Both the position numbers and the translations under genes were made by a program. Below the pieces are notes generated by a model. The model was not told where the DNA came from. It saw nothing but the letters and a program-made list of their open reading frames with translations, and made no database searches. DNA of 55,375 nt from Girardia tigrina (lineage: Eukaryota), in assembly GCA_001938485.1 (NCBI GenBank), contig MQRK01203673.1:16107-71481 (forward strand), given 5' to 3'. Of the stretch, positions 1 through 13,890 are shown piece after piece (the first letter of the stretch is position 1; every line of letters begins with the position of its first letter).

Positions 1-139
1 AAATGTGGTTCCAATTATTTCATCATTAATTCTCGCATTTTTTATGTATTTGTTTTAATTAGTAAATATATTTTTGGGAAACGAAGTTATTGTGCAATTC
101 TTATTAAAAACTAACAGATACCATTGCTTTTTATCTTAG

Positions 140-238
140 CAAGTCTTTGTGACGTCACAAATTATCATACCCGCCCCTTCCTTCTGTAACAAACTTCTAG
201 ACCCCCTCTAAAAATTGACATAATTTATGAACGGCCCC
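140..238. mobile_element. Terminal fragment of a Zator-like DNA transposon/MITE
   Basis: Ends ...gacataatttatgaacggcccc followed by tta. Reverse complement GGGGCCGTTCATAAATTATGTC resembles the terminus at 34390-34418. The partner end was not seen. Confidence 0.35.
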
Positions 239-319
239 TTATTGAATTTATTTAAATTTAATTTGTAATGTAGTTTAATTATTAATAATTTTAATATGCA
301 TATTTTTTATTTTGGGTGC

Positions 320-694
320 CAGTCTACTCCGACTAAACCGAACACGGAAAAAGTCCCCTATCTTTTCTAATATAATTTTCGCTGACAAAACCATACCTTG
401 TTCTTTTATTCGTCTATTCCGAACAGTACATAATTCTGTAATATATATTGTTTACTTTAAGTCAAAACTTTTAAAGTAATTTTCAAGTCAATTTATTTAT
501 TTCTAATAAACATGCATAAAAATAAAACTTTAGTTGCTAAACATACTGTTTTATTATATGAGCAACTTGTGTTCGGTCTATTAGGTCAATTTTCTATTTA
601 TTTCAATTCGAACAGTTATTCGGATTACTCGATTTCCGGCTAAACCGAACGTTTTTTATGTATTCTGGGTGTTCGGATTAGCCGGAGTAGACTG
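320..694. mobile_element. pogo/Tigger-type MITE
   Basis: 26-bp TIRs cagtctactccgactaaaccgaacac / gtgttcggattagccggagtagactg (2 mismatches). TA on the right flank only. Confidence 0.75.
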
Positions 695-1489
695 TATGTA
701 TATTAAATTAAAATCTTTATATTTTATGTTAAGTCTCAAACACCGTCTAAACTAATTAATAAAATTAAATACAAACAATCATTTTTTCATTAAAATCTTT
801 TCTTTATAGAATGAAATTTTTGTCTTATTACTGACTCAATTAAAATGAAGACAATAATATTGACTTTATATCGATTCACGTTTATATCGAATAATTTAAA
901 GTTATGATGAAAGGGTAATAACTTCTGAATCCCGGGATTGAATCCGCTCACTGTATGGTGTTTAGAATGGAGTATCGCAAACCAAGATGGTTGATTGATA
1001 TGTTAAATATTCGATTGCTTATTATGTTTTTATATTTAAATAACGTATAAATTAATTTAAAATTTTGATAAATCTCATTTTATTTTTAATTTCAAGTGAT
1101 TAATTTTAACTTAATGATACTTCTTAAGTAAACTTGCTTAAGCAATAATCATATATTTTCTTTATTTTTAAGTTTACTTACACGATGCTTAATAATGAAG
1201 AAAATTTTCTGTATTGTTCCATCGACTTTTCATTCTGTAATAATGGTGGAAGTTTATAAAAAATATTCACACTTATGTGAGTATCTAATGACTAATGTAT
1301 CTTTAGCAGTATAATGGTGGGGGAAAGGAATAAGTCCCTCGATTATTGTTGTTATTGATTAATTGTTTTTGTGGGATTTAGGAGCCGGGCCGAGAGAAAA
1401 AGGTGAGATTTATCATTGGTGAATCATTGTTTGGGATGAGCTTGTTTGTCGGTAGTCACCGGTTAGAAAGTGTAAATTTATTGATGCAA

Positions 1490-2420
1490 TTTAACTCATT
1501 ATCTTAAATTGTTTAAGTGTCTTTTGTGTCGGATTAATTATAAATTTAATTCAGATATTTTTTTAATAATTAAAATATATTTTATAAATAATTTAAAAGT
1601 AAATTCTAAAAATATTATTTTATTTTGAAATAAAATATCTATTTTTTTCTACTTTTTAAAAATTGAATAATTAAAAAATGAATAAATATTAACAAAAAAA
1701 TTAGAAAAAATATTTAAAAATTCCAAAAAAATTCTTAGAAAGTTAAAATATTTTGCTGAATTATTTAACTGATTATCATTTTATATTGCAAAGAAATAAT
1801 AAAAAAATATTTAAAAATAAAATAAATTAACTTAAACAGCGTGTTCGATATTCTTTTTTTTGTATATCAACCTCATTTAAATTGTTTAAATATCTCTTTC
1901 GTTTCAGTTTAATTAAATATTTATTTCTATTTATTAATAATTAAAAAAATATTTCATTAATTATTTTTATTAATTTTTAAAACATTATTTTATTTTAAAA
2001 TAAGATATCGATTTTCTTTCTAAATTCTCAAAATTAGATAATTAAAAACTTAGTAAATATTAAGAGAAAATGGATTTTCATTCTAGGAAAACTATTTTCT
2101 TTAATTAACAAATATTAATTGAAAAGAAACTAGAAAGAATATTTTAAAATTCAAAAAATTCCAATAATTAACTTAAAATGGATGTATTTGATTATCGGTC
2201 CACACCCTTTAAGAGTGTAACGCTACACGCACACAATTTAACTTAAACCACGTGTTTAACATTCGTTTTTACACATTATCTTCCTATAATTTGTTTAAAT
2301 ATATCTTTTGTTTCGGTTTAATTAGAAATTTCTACTATTTTTTATTAATTAAAACAAGTTTTAATAAATAATTTTAATTAATTTCTAAAAATATTCTTTT
2401 ATTTTGAAATTAAATATCTC
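1490..2420. repeat. Degenerate AT-rich tandem repeat, about 2.5 units of ~370-410 bp
   Basis: Recurrent aattgtttaa..tcttt.gt.tc.g.ttaatt at ~1508, ~1880 and ~2288, and aacttaaa...gtgtt blocks at ~1829, ~2170 and ~2240. Confidence 0.6.
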
Positions 2421-2529
2421 CTGGCTTAGTTTTTTGCCGCCCCGATCGACAGTTATAAATTGTAACTTAAATTATTATTTAACTTAAAGAATCATTAGTA
2501 TTTGATAAAATCTCATTTTAAAATTATAT

Positions 2530-2845
2530 GGTGACCGGAAAATTCGACACAGCGGAAATTTCGACACGGAAAATTTTCCGTGTGTCGAATTTTCCGCAAA
2601 TCATTATCAGATATATGTCAACATAATATTTTTCAGTCATTTATCTATTATTTTTAATCTTTACTTAAACCTTCCATTTTAGGTAATTTCTTTACATTTT
2701 ACTGTCAATATAATATTTTCAGGCCATTTATCTATTATTTTTTATTTTTTCCATAACCTTCCATTTTAGGTATTTTTTATATTTAACCCCCAAATTTTGA
2801 CAGAAAATTGACTGAATTTTCCGTGTGTCGAATTATCCGCAAATC
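2530..2845. mobile_element. MITE (Mutator- or Merlin-type) with 9-bp TSD
   Basis: TSD aaattatat at 2521-2529 and 2846-2854. Subterminal inverted ttcgacac/gtgtcgaa repeats; internal ~87-bp tandem duplication. Confidence 0.65.
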
Positions 2846-2941
2846 AAATTATATATATATAGAAAATGAAAATATCAATTTATAATGCAACCCTTACGCT
2901 ATAAAATATACCCAAACCTAATAATTGGATGATTGTCTTTA

Positions 2942-5006
2942 CAGTAAAACATCCATATATTAAACATCATTTTTTTACAAGAAAATTGTTCAACATATGG
3001 ATGTGTCAAACATATGGTGAAATATATATTTATCATTAACATAATTTCTATTTGTATTATAAAACTGCGTTTTGTTATTAATTATACTTAATTATAAATA
3101 CGCAAATATTAACAAATATTACTACGTAACATGATTATAAAAATTGTGAAAAGTAAAATAAAAAATTAAAACAGTTATTAACGCTATTGCAAAGCTTTTT
3201 TTTAATAAATTCCTTTATTTTCGATTGTCTTTTGCATTTTGACATTTGATAAATATATTCACTTATTTTTTTCAAGCACAGATATCTCATTAACCATCAT
3301 ACGTAACGGCAAATTTCTTCAGATCCTTTAAATATGACATGGCTGTTTAATCATTAATTACAATATCATTAGCTTTAATTTCATTTTCATCATTTTTTTG
3401 ATCTTCACACATTGATTCTAGTTGATTTTCATCAATAACAATATTTATTAGATCTTCTTTCAAAGTTTCCATACACTCATCGTTATCAACTAATGCAGCA
3501 GATTTTGCATCATTAATAAGTTCATCAGGCTCCATAATGTTATCATCAATTTTATCTTCTATATCAACTTGATTACATAAAAAACCAGCGTGACTAAAAC
3601 AATTTACGATTGTGCTGGATGTTACTTCCTCCCAACATTGTTTTATCCAAATAAACACATCGAGAATCGTTATTTGTGAAATATAATTCACATTTCCTCA
3701 ATTTATATTTGAAATAATATTCTTCATCAACCTCTTCCTATATTTAGTTTTAAAATTTTTAATAATTCCTTGGTCAAGTGGTTGAATAAGTGATATTGTA
3801 TTCGGAGGAAGAAATTATAATTTTACATTAGAAAGATTTATATTCGGATGAGATGGACAGTTATCGAGTATTGCAAGTATTTTTCTATTTTCAAATTTAA
3901 ATATTCGGTTTATATTCTGTAGCCAATATTCAAATATATTTGAAGTCATCCATGTAGTTTTATGTGATGTATATTCAACGTTTAATTTACTTAGGGAGAC
4001 ATTTTTTAACCATCTTGGATTTTTATTTTTTCATATTACAAGTTAAGTTTTTCTCCTGCAGCATTAACGGCAAGTAATAAGGTAACTCTTTCTTTTCTAA
4101 CTTTAGTTCATTTGTTTTCTTTTTGTTTCTCGACCCATGATTTATCTGGCATGGCATTATAATACAGTGCTGTTTCATCTACGTTAAAAATATCTCTTGG
4201 AGAGTAGTAATTAGAGAAAGTAATTTTTTTAAGATTTTTGAAATATAGTCTATAAAAATTGTAGCCTCATTAAAATTTGCTGAACATGACTCCCAACTTA
4301 AGGCTTTAAATGAGGCATTATGTGATTTAATAAACTTTTCTAACCAAACATTTGAGGCTTTAAAGTTGTCAATATTTTTTTCTTTGCAAACTCTAGAGAT
4401 GCCTCTTGAATATGTGGTCCTGATTTTGGTATGTTGTTAGATCTTGCTTTTATAAACCATTGCCACTTTAGGTTATTAATTTCGTCATATTCTGATTGTC
4501 GTTGCTTTCTTTTTCTTTCCTCGTGTATGTTTTGTTCATAAAATTTTAAATATTCATCTCTTAATATTGACAACTGTACCAATTGAGACATTAAATTTTG
4601 TTATGACATTTCTAATCGTACTCTCTTTACTGTATTCTATCAGATCTACTTTTTTACTTATTGATAATTCCTCTGTTGTTTTTCTTCTTTACATTTTGCT
4701 GAAAAAAATGCTATAATTTTTAATCAATAATTAAAATTAATTAAAAAAACCTTTTACAGTTTAATGCAATCAAAACTTTTTTAAATTAACATAAACAATC
4801 ACAGTAAATTAACGTGTTTAAACAAACGCAGCTTTATACTGTTCAATATATAGAATTACAAATAGTATTAATAACCAAAGGAACTCACTTCACATTATGT
4901 TCAATGTTCAGATTACAGAGATGTTCAACATAAAGAGTAATAAAGAGTTGTTTTATATTAATGTACATTTAACTCAAAAAGTGTTCAATGTAAGTAGGTT
5001 TTACTA
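2942..5006 (-). mobile_element. Decayed Tigger/pogo DNA transposon (CENP-B HTH + DDE_1 pseudogene)
   Basis: TA|cagtaaaac...gttttacta|TA termini. Fragments LKWQWFIKARSNNIPKSGPHIQE and WIKQCWEEVTSSTIVNCFSHAGF, plus PPNT.SLIQPLDQGII at ~3760-3810; frameshifted. Confidence 0.88.
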
Positions 5007-5608
5007 TAGTTAATTAAAATACTCTTAAATAAGCGGTACACCTATTTTCTTTTTTAATTGGGCATTGCGCCACACAAATAGGGTCCTCTATAAGTAAATT
5101 TTAAGAACCTAGCCAAATGCTAACTCACCAATGAAAATTGACCACTTTTTCATTTTGATAAAATACTTTTTATAGTATTCCAGAAAACATTCACCCTTAC
5201 ATTCATTTCCTTCTTTCATTATATGGAAGATTAAATAAAATATTAATTTCTGATCAACTCGAAAGTAAAATTCAATTGATTTGAATTTTTACTGACAAAA
5301 TTCAATATTCTTGAATAATTCAAAAATAGTTTTTTCTGGGGGATATAAAATAAAAAGTATTAAGTTCTTGGTTCAGGGCTGAAAGAGTTTAAATGACATT
5401 AATATACACCTGTTTACATTTTGAGAAGTCAACTTTACATTTAAACAGGGAATCTATATGATAAAGTTACAAATACAAACAGATATTCAAATTTTACTTA
5501 TCGGATTCGACATTACATTATAATAAAGCGTATATATTGGATAGGGCAGTAGGCACCCATTCTCGATTAGATATGCCATAAAGACATTTGCTTAAATTCT
5601 TCAATTAA

Positions 5609-5684
5609 ATATATATATATATATATATATATATNNNNNNNNNNNNNNNNNNNNNNNNNNNNNNNNNNNNNNNNNNNNNNNNNN

Positions 5685-5733
<49 letters not shown>
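5609..5733. repeat. (AT)n microsatellite spanning an assembly gap (N 5635-5684)
   Basis: Seen directly. Confidence 0.97.
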
Positions 5734-5735
<2 letters not shown>

Positions 5736-6705
5736 AAAACAAGCACTAGCGGATGTTATGATTGAAGGAAGAGTAGAATGATAAAGACAATACATACCTC
5801 ATCACACACTTACAAGCCTCACACAAGTTCAAGACCAAAGAGACAATTGACATACGACCTAAAAGAATGTTCAAAACAAATAAATAAGGAAAAAAAGTTA
5901 ACTAAGCAATGACAATGATTCTGAGTGTCATTCTAATAGATCATAGGCAAAACAATATGTCAGATTATACAGAAGAGGTAGAAAAAGTCCAAACATACCT
6001 CATCACACGCAAGTTCAATGTACACATGGATCTATATATGACACTTGAAACTAAAAACATAATTGTAGTGACCTTTGTTATTTTTAAGTTACTTTTATTT
6101 TTTCAGACACCACATGGTCTGTCTAGACCGGTTCCATTTGGGGAGTGATTCATTATTTCGCCACCTCCAAATGGTTTGTCCCGAAATGACTAAAAGTAAA
6201 TAAAAATAAATAAATATATTAAACAATAATAATAATAATAGTAATTAACATTTAAAAATCAATAATTATTATTAAGAATTTACTGACTTGATAATTCTTT
6301 TGTAATTTTGGATTATTTTGGTCGTTCTTCAATATTTTGTATCCAGATCAATTTTATTATCTTTTTCAATATTGACATCCACATTATTTCCTATCAATGA
6401 ACAAATCATTCTATATTTAAATGAACTCTCATCAAGTCTCTTTCTTACGATAAAGAAAATCAAATTCCGAAATACTCGCATATTCCATATTTCACAAACA
6501 GATCTCCAACCAACCTATAATTGCTCTAACCCCTATGTCAAAGAATATGCATCCACTCATTCAATAATTCATTTAGTTATCCTATAATTTTAGGACAATA
6601 TCGAATTTAAAGTAACTTAAATCTTAGCTTGTTCTTATCGATTCCTTGCATTATGATGATCGTGTTTTTATTCCTTATATTTTCTGTTCATTAATAGTTA
6701 TAATT

Positions 6706-7830
6706 AGGATGGGCATTATTTTGACCTAAAATATCAAAATTTTGACTTTTTTTGACCTTAACAAATAAGTTAAGATAATAAGTATATCAAAAATTGTATT
6801 AATAACATATATAGTAAAAAATATTCAAGCAGCGGAATTAAAATTCAGTAGTGCATAGTATCGTACATTTTCCACGTCAAAGTTGCGATTACCTCACAAA
6901 ATTCTTTTCAGCATGGAAAAACTCTTTTCCACAGGAGCACTTGTTAGCTGCGCTTCCTGCAACAAATCATATAAGTGAGGGGTCACATCGTTTCTCTCCA
7001 TCTTCATTATGTCCATAATGTCAGTATTGTCCAAATGTTTATCCAAGTATTTTCGGTTCCATGACAATTCGACACAAGAAAATTTTACATAAGACAATTC
7101 GACACAAATTTTTTAATTGGACAACTATTTTATTTCGACATTTTTAAAATCCGATTAATTTATTTTAATTCAACACATTTTTTAATTCGACCAATAACTA
7201 AAAGGAAATATTTTCATTATTACTATACATTTTTTGAAACATGACATTTTCAATAATTATATTTTTAGTTATTCTAATGAGTTTTTTCTGTATTTAATAT
7301 GAAAATATCAATTTAGTATGAAAAAAATCAATTTTTATGAAAAAATATGTATTTAATATAAAAATATGAACAAATGTTTTAAAAATTCATTCGTTTATAT
7401 GTTTATAATAATTTAAGTTTAAACTCAAAATAAAAATCTAGTAATTAAATATGAATTTAAAAATGTGTCGAATTGTCTGGTTACCGTATTTTCTAATGGC
7501 ACACGAATCTGTCCCAACAGAAATATTTTTTAAGTCTTCAACTGCCTGCCGTATCTGATAGTTTGGAGACACACAACGTTCTATCAAGTATGCCAGTGAC
7601 TTATATTGTAAAATTTCGATTAAGTCTTTGGTAAGAGTATAACTTGCGACCGCCTCTTTGGCGTGAGTCCTTTGACTTCAATTGAATTAACAATCTGTCG
7701 AACTGTTTGCATATACTCCGCGTAGTAGAAAGCTGCGTAAAACCATGTGGTCCATCTCGTGACAACCGGCTGCAGTGGTCATCTAATAATTCTAAATAGG
7801 TCTCGTCGTTCACGGTTCTTTATTGTTAGA
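6706..7830 (-). mobile_element. hAT transposase 3' remnant, interrupted by a MITE
   Basis: Minus strand reads PVVTRWTTWFYAAFYYAEY (~7715-7780) and the C-terminal dimerisation motif LTSAPVEKSFSMLKRIL. The frame CAIRK-YLDKHLD is restored when the MITE at 7055-7485 and one TSD copy are removed. Confidence 0.78.
7055..7485. mobile_element. MITE (Merlin- or Mutator-type) with 8-bp TSD
   Basis: TSD gtattttc at 7047-7054 and 7486-7493. TIRs ggttccatgacaattcgacaca / tgtgtcgaattgtctggttacc; repeated ttcgacac motifs. Confidence 0.85.
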
Positions 7831-10800
7831 GCTTAGACAGTGGCAATCAAGTTGTTTACGGATACAACTAAAAAACAATTCTAATTGAAGATAAGATTGT
7901 TTATTTATTTCAATTTTCAATATCACACTCTTCAAAACCATCACACTTTTGATTGCCAATAAAAGTGAAATTTTCTAGTAATTCTACAAGGTCATGCAAT
8001 GTATGGATCAAACTCGTTCACATTCATTTCATTTTCTTCAATTTCAACAACAATGTCTTCACTGAATGAAACACGAAAACCATTCAAAATGATTTTACCT
8101 CTTCCTAAAAGGAGACAATCCATTCGAAAATGGTATTCCAGTCAGCTTTCGAAAAATCAGCTTTCATATTTCAGGACTTGATGGTCCTCCCATCTCTTTC
8201 AATAATGGTATTGAGCCTGTAGGCTCTTTAGATGGTCCATCCAAACCTAACAAGTCTATAAGCTCCCCGATAGGCCTCCTACGGGGACGTCAGCCTTTCG
8301 CTTCCGCGCACGCTTTGGCAATCCAGTCAGAAACGACTAGTCATGGACAGTAGTCCCATGATTCTGCATCCCTTTGGCTCTACGTGGACTTTACACATCC
8401 GCGAAACGGGCATCTGAATGTTCCTCTCACAGTTAGATCTATATGGCGGTAGTCCAGATGGTTTTATAAACGACTCACTTCTGGCTCTCGTATCGAAGCA
8501 GCATTCGGATCGACGATTGGTGCTTGAGTTGTGTTGTCTTCTGGTATCGCGTTCAGGGGGCGATTACCTTCCGATTGGATCTGCTTGGAAAGATTTGGAC
8601 TAATTGTTCTTCAATTTTCTGCGCTATTTTGAGATGTCTGATGAGCCATCCTTTGGTCTTGTAGTTCTTACATTTCCAGAGAGATTTCATTCGAAAGCGG
8701 CAATTCCAACTGCATACTGTTAAAATGATAATAAACTATTTATTCTTTTTATTAATGATAAAAATATTTTAGAAATTCAACCGTAGTTTATGACCATGGT
8801 TTAAAATGCCTCGTTACTTATTAATAAATTGAAATGAAACTGATAAATACTCATCGAAATAATCTGCATGATTTACTATTTGTTCCTTTTCCTCTCTTCA
8901 TAATATTTTGTCAACAGTTTAACTTATTAATATATTGCTTGAAAGTTTAGAAATATTCATGAATGTCTTCTACACCTTATCATACACAGTTAGAACATGA
9001 TCTTCAATTTGTTCCGATATTAATTCTTGCTCACCAGAAGTATTTCGTCTATCAGCATTTTACCAAAATTTTATTCATTGTTATATAAGTTTTTTTATTA
9101 ACTGGATTTCCATTTTAAATATCATGAAAAGTTAAATCTCAACAAATGACCGAAAAATTGCGTATACGGACTTGATATTTCTACTGTATTTTTAATGTTC
9201 TATATCGAAAATTCAAATTTTGTGATTTCAAAAATTAAATTTTATCTCTGAAAATTGATTTAAAACGATACATTTTATAGTGAGTCTGCTTAATGGAAGC
9301 AGTCGGTAGTGATTCACAATTTACTGTTATTCTGATATATTTAATTTGCATTATATTTGGTAATTGCTGCTTATTTTCAAAATTGATTTTGTGGGTTTTT
9401 GATATAAACTTAAAATTTAAGTTTGATCTACAATAAATAATCATTTATATCATACAACAGGATTTGGAACTGTCAGATTTACATAGAATGACTGGGATAA
9501 CAATTTTTGAGAGATAAATGACAATAATTCTTAGTTTACTCATGTAATAATAATTATTATTTAAATAATTTGATAAAAAACAATTTCAATTCAATTGAAA
9601 TCAAATAATCAAAATGAAAGCCTAATAAATAATAAAGGTAATTTACACAGAACTATAAACTTAAAATTAGCATTTTCTGAAGGTATTTGTGACTTGAAAA
9701 CGTTTTATAAAAATGGTTTCCCAGGTTTTTATTTTTTATGGCGAATAAACTGTCGAGATATATATCGAATAAATCAAATACTCCATCGGGTGTCCAAGCT
9801 TATCTAGTATATCAATTTAAATGACCAAAGTGTAATTCCTGTTCATGATGGGTACAAATCATCATCTTTGCACTCGAATAGCTAAACATACTCAATAAAA
9901 TAGAAACAGTTCGATTCTTGATCACATTAAAAATGCAAAAATAGAGATAAGGTTAACTACGAGTCTGAATTTTAACACAAAATTTTTGACATATCTTGAG
10001 AGGATAGTCACTAAGGCATTATTAATAAAGCATTTAAAACCATGTTTAAATGTCCAAAGGGAATTGTCCAGTAATATTAAAGTTTTTGAAAAGTTGATAA
10101 ATTGTTAACAGTCAATGTGCCATATAAATGACTTGTTTTCTGAAATAAAATGCGAAACATTCATTGTTCTCGAATAAAAAAAATATTAAAGTTTTTTTTA
10201 TTTTCTGTGTATAAATTATATTTTTTCCCACTTATATAATCACTTTTTCTAAGGTAATCAATGAATTAAGGTATTAAGGAATTACTTTTATGAACATTGA
10301 TTTAACAAATTTTAACTTTCCTTTATCTTTATGTTGTTACATGTATTTATCTCCCCAATTATGAACACTTCGATAGTATCGATGTGTAAATGCATCTAAT
10401 AATTGGTATACATGAGTCAAATTGAAGTACTATTCGTTTACTGGATTGGTTCTCACTAGATAGGCTTGCACGCCCAAGTTGTTTACTTTTAATCGGTACC
10501 TTGTCATTTGGTTCATCATACCCATTACAAGTTGCAATATAATATTATCAAACACAACACATTTATCAAAAGTATTTAAAACGAAAAGGATAAAAGCTTG
10601 GTTTTTTAATAAATTGTTTAATTCTTGATTAAATTGCTTTTAAAACTAAATGTATGTTATTTGCTACTAAATTTATATAGATTAAAATTTTTTAAACTCT
10701 AAAAAGCACGTTTTATTAATCTTAAAAATCTCCTAATTTTAATTACATTTGTATTATTATTACTGATTGCTTAGTAATAAATTGATTAATGATTAAAGAT

Positions 10801-10983
10801 AAAATGTTTGTTATATAAGCAAATGTCGTGATTGTATTGTGTAACGATATCGTTTATAAAAACACGTTATTACACAATTAATGAATAATTAAAATTACAT
10901 AAAAAATGTAATGTAAAGATATTATTAAACTAAAGTTTATTAAATATTTGATGTATATTAATTTATCCGATTTACTGATAAAT

Positions 10984-13000
10984 TAGTTGGAGTGTACCGA
11001 AAAGCATTTTTTCGTTTCTGCCCAAACGGAAATGTCGAAGTTTTTTTGTTGAACTTTATATAAATTAAAAAAATATCACTAATATTTATTAAAAAAAAAC
11101 TGGAATTCGCTTTTAAAAATATAAGGTTTATGGCATTGGTAGTAATGATCTATGATCATTAATTATATCACCTGCTGTACTAAGAATCCTGGGAAAGAAT
11201 AAATAAAGAATAAGAATTATGGAGGGAAAGATAAATATTTTCCGACTTTTGATGACACTATGTGAAAACGAAAACTGTTTATTTTCCAATATTCAAATAT
11301 ATCTTCATCTTTTCCAATTACATTTCATTGAACTATAAAATTAATTCTGAATCAAATAAATAATTTATTGAGCATTTACATTTTTTGTTTTCATTAATAT
11401 AATTGTTTAAATGATTCTAGATAATTTACCACTTTCTCTTTTGAAATTTGATTTTTTTTTCAAAGTTTCACCTGCATTATATGTTATTTGTTTCAAAAAT
11501 CTCAGCTTTTATATCATTTCGGTTTTGTTTAATTTAAAAAGTCTGTTTTTAAATCGAGGATCAAGAATTGTTGCGATTTTATAGATTTTGTTTTGAATAA
11601 TATCATTAAATCTTTTATCAAATGAAATTAGCAGATCATCTCCCAACTTAATAATCTGAGGATTTTTAAATGACAAAGACAAAGATATTTTTATAACTGT
11701 TATAGTAGGTATCGCTTGAGAGAGATGGTTGATTCACGTTTTGATAATGCCCCGAGTAATTTGTTCAAATGGTGATTTTAATTCTTCGAGAAAGTTAATT
11801 TCTGTCAATGTAGAAAAATTAGAGTCATTATGATCAATTTCAGCCATAAAAAATCCGATTGCATCATTTATTTCTAAAAAAACTGCTTATAATATGAAAC
11901 ATAGATTTTCATCTTGCTTTAATATCTTGTATTGGCATCAATATTGGCATGTTAAATATTTCTTGTATTGCTGTTAATCTAGGACTAGTGGAAGCTGAAT
12001 TTTTGCTCAAGCAAATCATTGAAAAATGGATTAATGCTCATTCTATCCTTAATAACCAGCTGTAATGAAGGAGCGAAACAAAAAACCTTATGATAAAAAC
12101 TCGATTTGAAACCTTTTTATGTTTGCTGCATCATCATATATTACTGCATAGCTTTTATCATGGCTAATTTCCAATATTTTGAGCATATGCTCATATGCCG
12201 ATGATAGGTTTAAGGAAGGTTCATTAAAAGGTTAACAAAATAGTAATTTTGATTGCTGGACAAAATCGTTTGTAACCCAATGTGTAGTTAAAGAGAAGCC
12301 TGTGATGTAAATTCAGATGTCCACATATCTGTAGCAAAAGTTATAAAGTGGGTTTCATTAATAGTCTTGATATTATGTTTTAAAAGAAATATTTTCTGGA
12401 GGGTATTTTATACCATCTAGGTTCTAATAAAAGCATAATATCAACAAAACCATGATTTTCGACAAACATGACATGCTGTAGATCTAATGCAATCATTTTT
12501 GTAATTACTTTATGGATTTTGACGGACAATGAATTATCAATTTTCCATTTTGTTACTAATTTTAAAATATCAGTTATTCTTTGATACTTCGACTGGCTAT
12601 CAGTTCTTCCCTGCTTGTTTTTATTAAAGTTATTTAATTCCAACTGATGTTTATTATCTAAATAATTTCTTGATAACGTTGAAAAGAATTTCGGATTCAA
12701 TGATCTCCCTCTCGAAATTTAAGCATCGCATATATTGCAATTGACCGCGTTACGCTTTCGTTTTTTTCAAAAAATTCCATACAATACTTTGAGCCATTTT
12801 AACGGATATGATTAAATTTTTATTTAATTCTTGTAAATTATGTTAAATATTCATATACTGTGTAATTAATTTAAAGATATTTTAATAAATATTGACTTAT
12901 TAGTATTTTAATATATTTATACTAATCAAATCAAATTCTCTGATTTTTTTCGGCAACGTTTTGGAAATTTTTTCGATTCCTACCGAAACTAAATTTTCGT
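10984..13000 (-). mobile_element. Decayed ZBED-type hAT transposon
   Basis: KMIALDLQHVMFVENHGF...LEPRWYKIPSRKYF, D(M)WTS at ~12320 and ATILDPRFK at ~11550-11577. Many stops and frameshifts; ends approximate. Confidence 0.82.
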
Positions 13001-13128
13001 TTTTGAAAGTTTTTGTTTTATTCATAAATTTATGAAATTTTTAATTATTTTTAAATTAAGAGTTTAGTTTTTTTCTTTTAAATTTTTGGTTTATAATGTT
13101 TCAATTTTATTTTTTGTCTTTTATTTAA

Positions 13129-13386
13129 CCCTTAATTATTCGCGCTTTTGTGTTTTGTACACCAAACTTATATCTTTGTATTTTACCAATCCTACGTAAA
13201 TTTAAACGGAGTTTGTGTCATCTATCCTTTGTTTAATATACTTTGTTTAATATAGTTATGATATTAAAAATAGTTTTTACATTCAATATTTAAAATTATC
13301 GTCTCAGAAAAAGTACAATTTTAACAATGACGTATAAGTTACACTGTGCGAGTAGTTATAGTATACGATTTGGCGCGAGTAGTTAA
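13129..13386. mobile_element. piggyBac-type MITE remnant
   Basis: TTAA|cccttaattattcgcgc with inverted partner gcgcgagtagttaa; the right terminal GGG is missing. Confidence 0.45.
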
Positions 13387-13533
13387 TAATTTTATTATTA
13401 TCTACTGGTAATTTTAAGTAGACGATTATTGAACGTACTGTACAGACAAACAACAAATATTTTAGCGTATTATATTACATACAATTTGTATTCCAAATGT
13501 ATTTACTGTATTCGAGTTGAGCAAAATTATTAG

Positions 13534-13890
13534 TATGAGGAATATTTGGTGTGTGGATGTTTATGTGTAGTGTTTGCATGTTTAAATGTTGTATGTTGAT
13601 TTGGAATTGTGTCTCTCCTAATCCGATGGATTATCAATATTAATTTCTTATAATCTGAAACTAATTTATTTAAATTTAGATTTAATATTCAAATTTTTAA
13701 TTTTTATTATTGTAACTTTTAAATAATTTATTGATTTTATTTTTGTAAATTTTTAAATAATTAAAATCAAATTAATGTTTAAAAATGACTAAAAATATTT
13801 TATTTCAGCCAATAAAATTTAAATTAAATATTTTTAAATAAAATAATCTTCTCAAGTATAGTTCAGATTATAATGAGAGATACTGAAAAT
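13534..13890 (+). repeat. Dispersed LTR-like repeat, copy 1
   Basis: Aligns by eye as the reverse complement of 30670-31005 and more loosely to 45690-45772; begins tatgaggaatattt. Confidence 0.72.

Noticed and set aside
5601-5795. IY-repeat ORF
   Set aside because: Translation of the (AT)n microsatellite and the gap.
7048-7492. Apparent novel 6-bp TSD MITE class (also at 29061-29243)
   Set aside because: Shifting each boundary by one base gives perfect 8-bp TSDs with GG...CC ends, consistent with known superfamilies.
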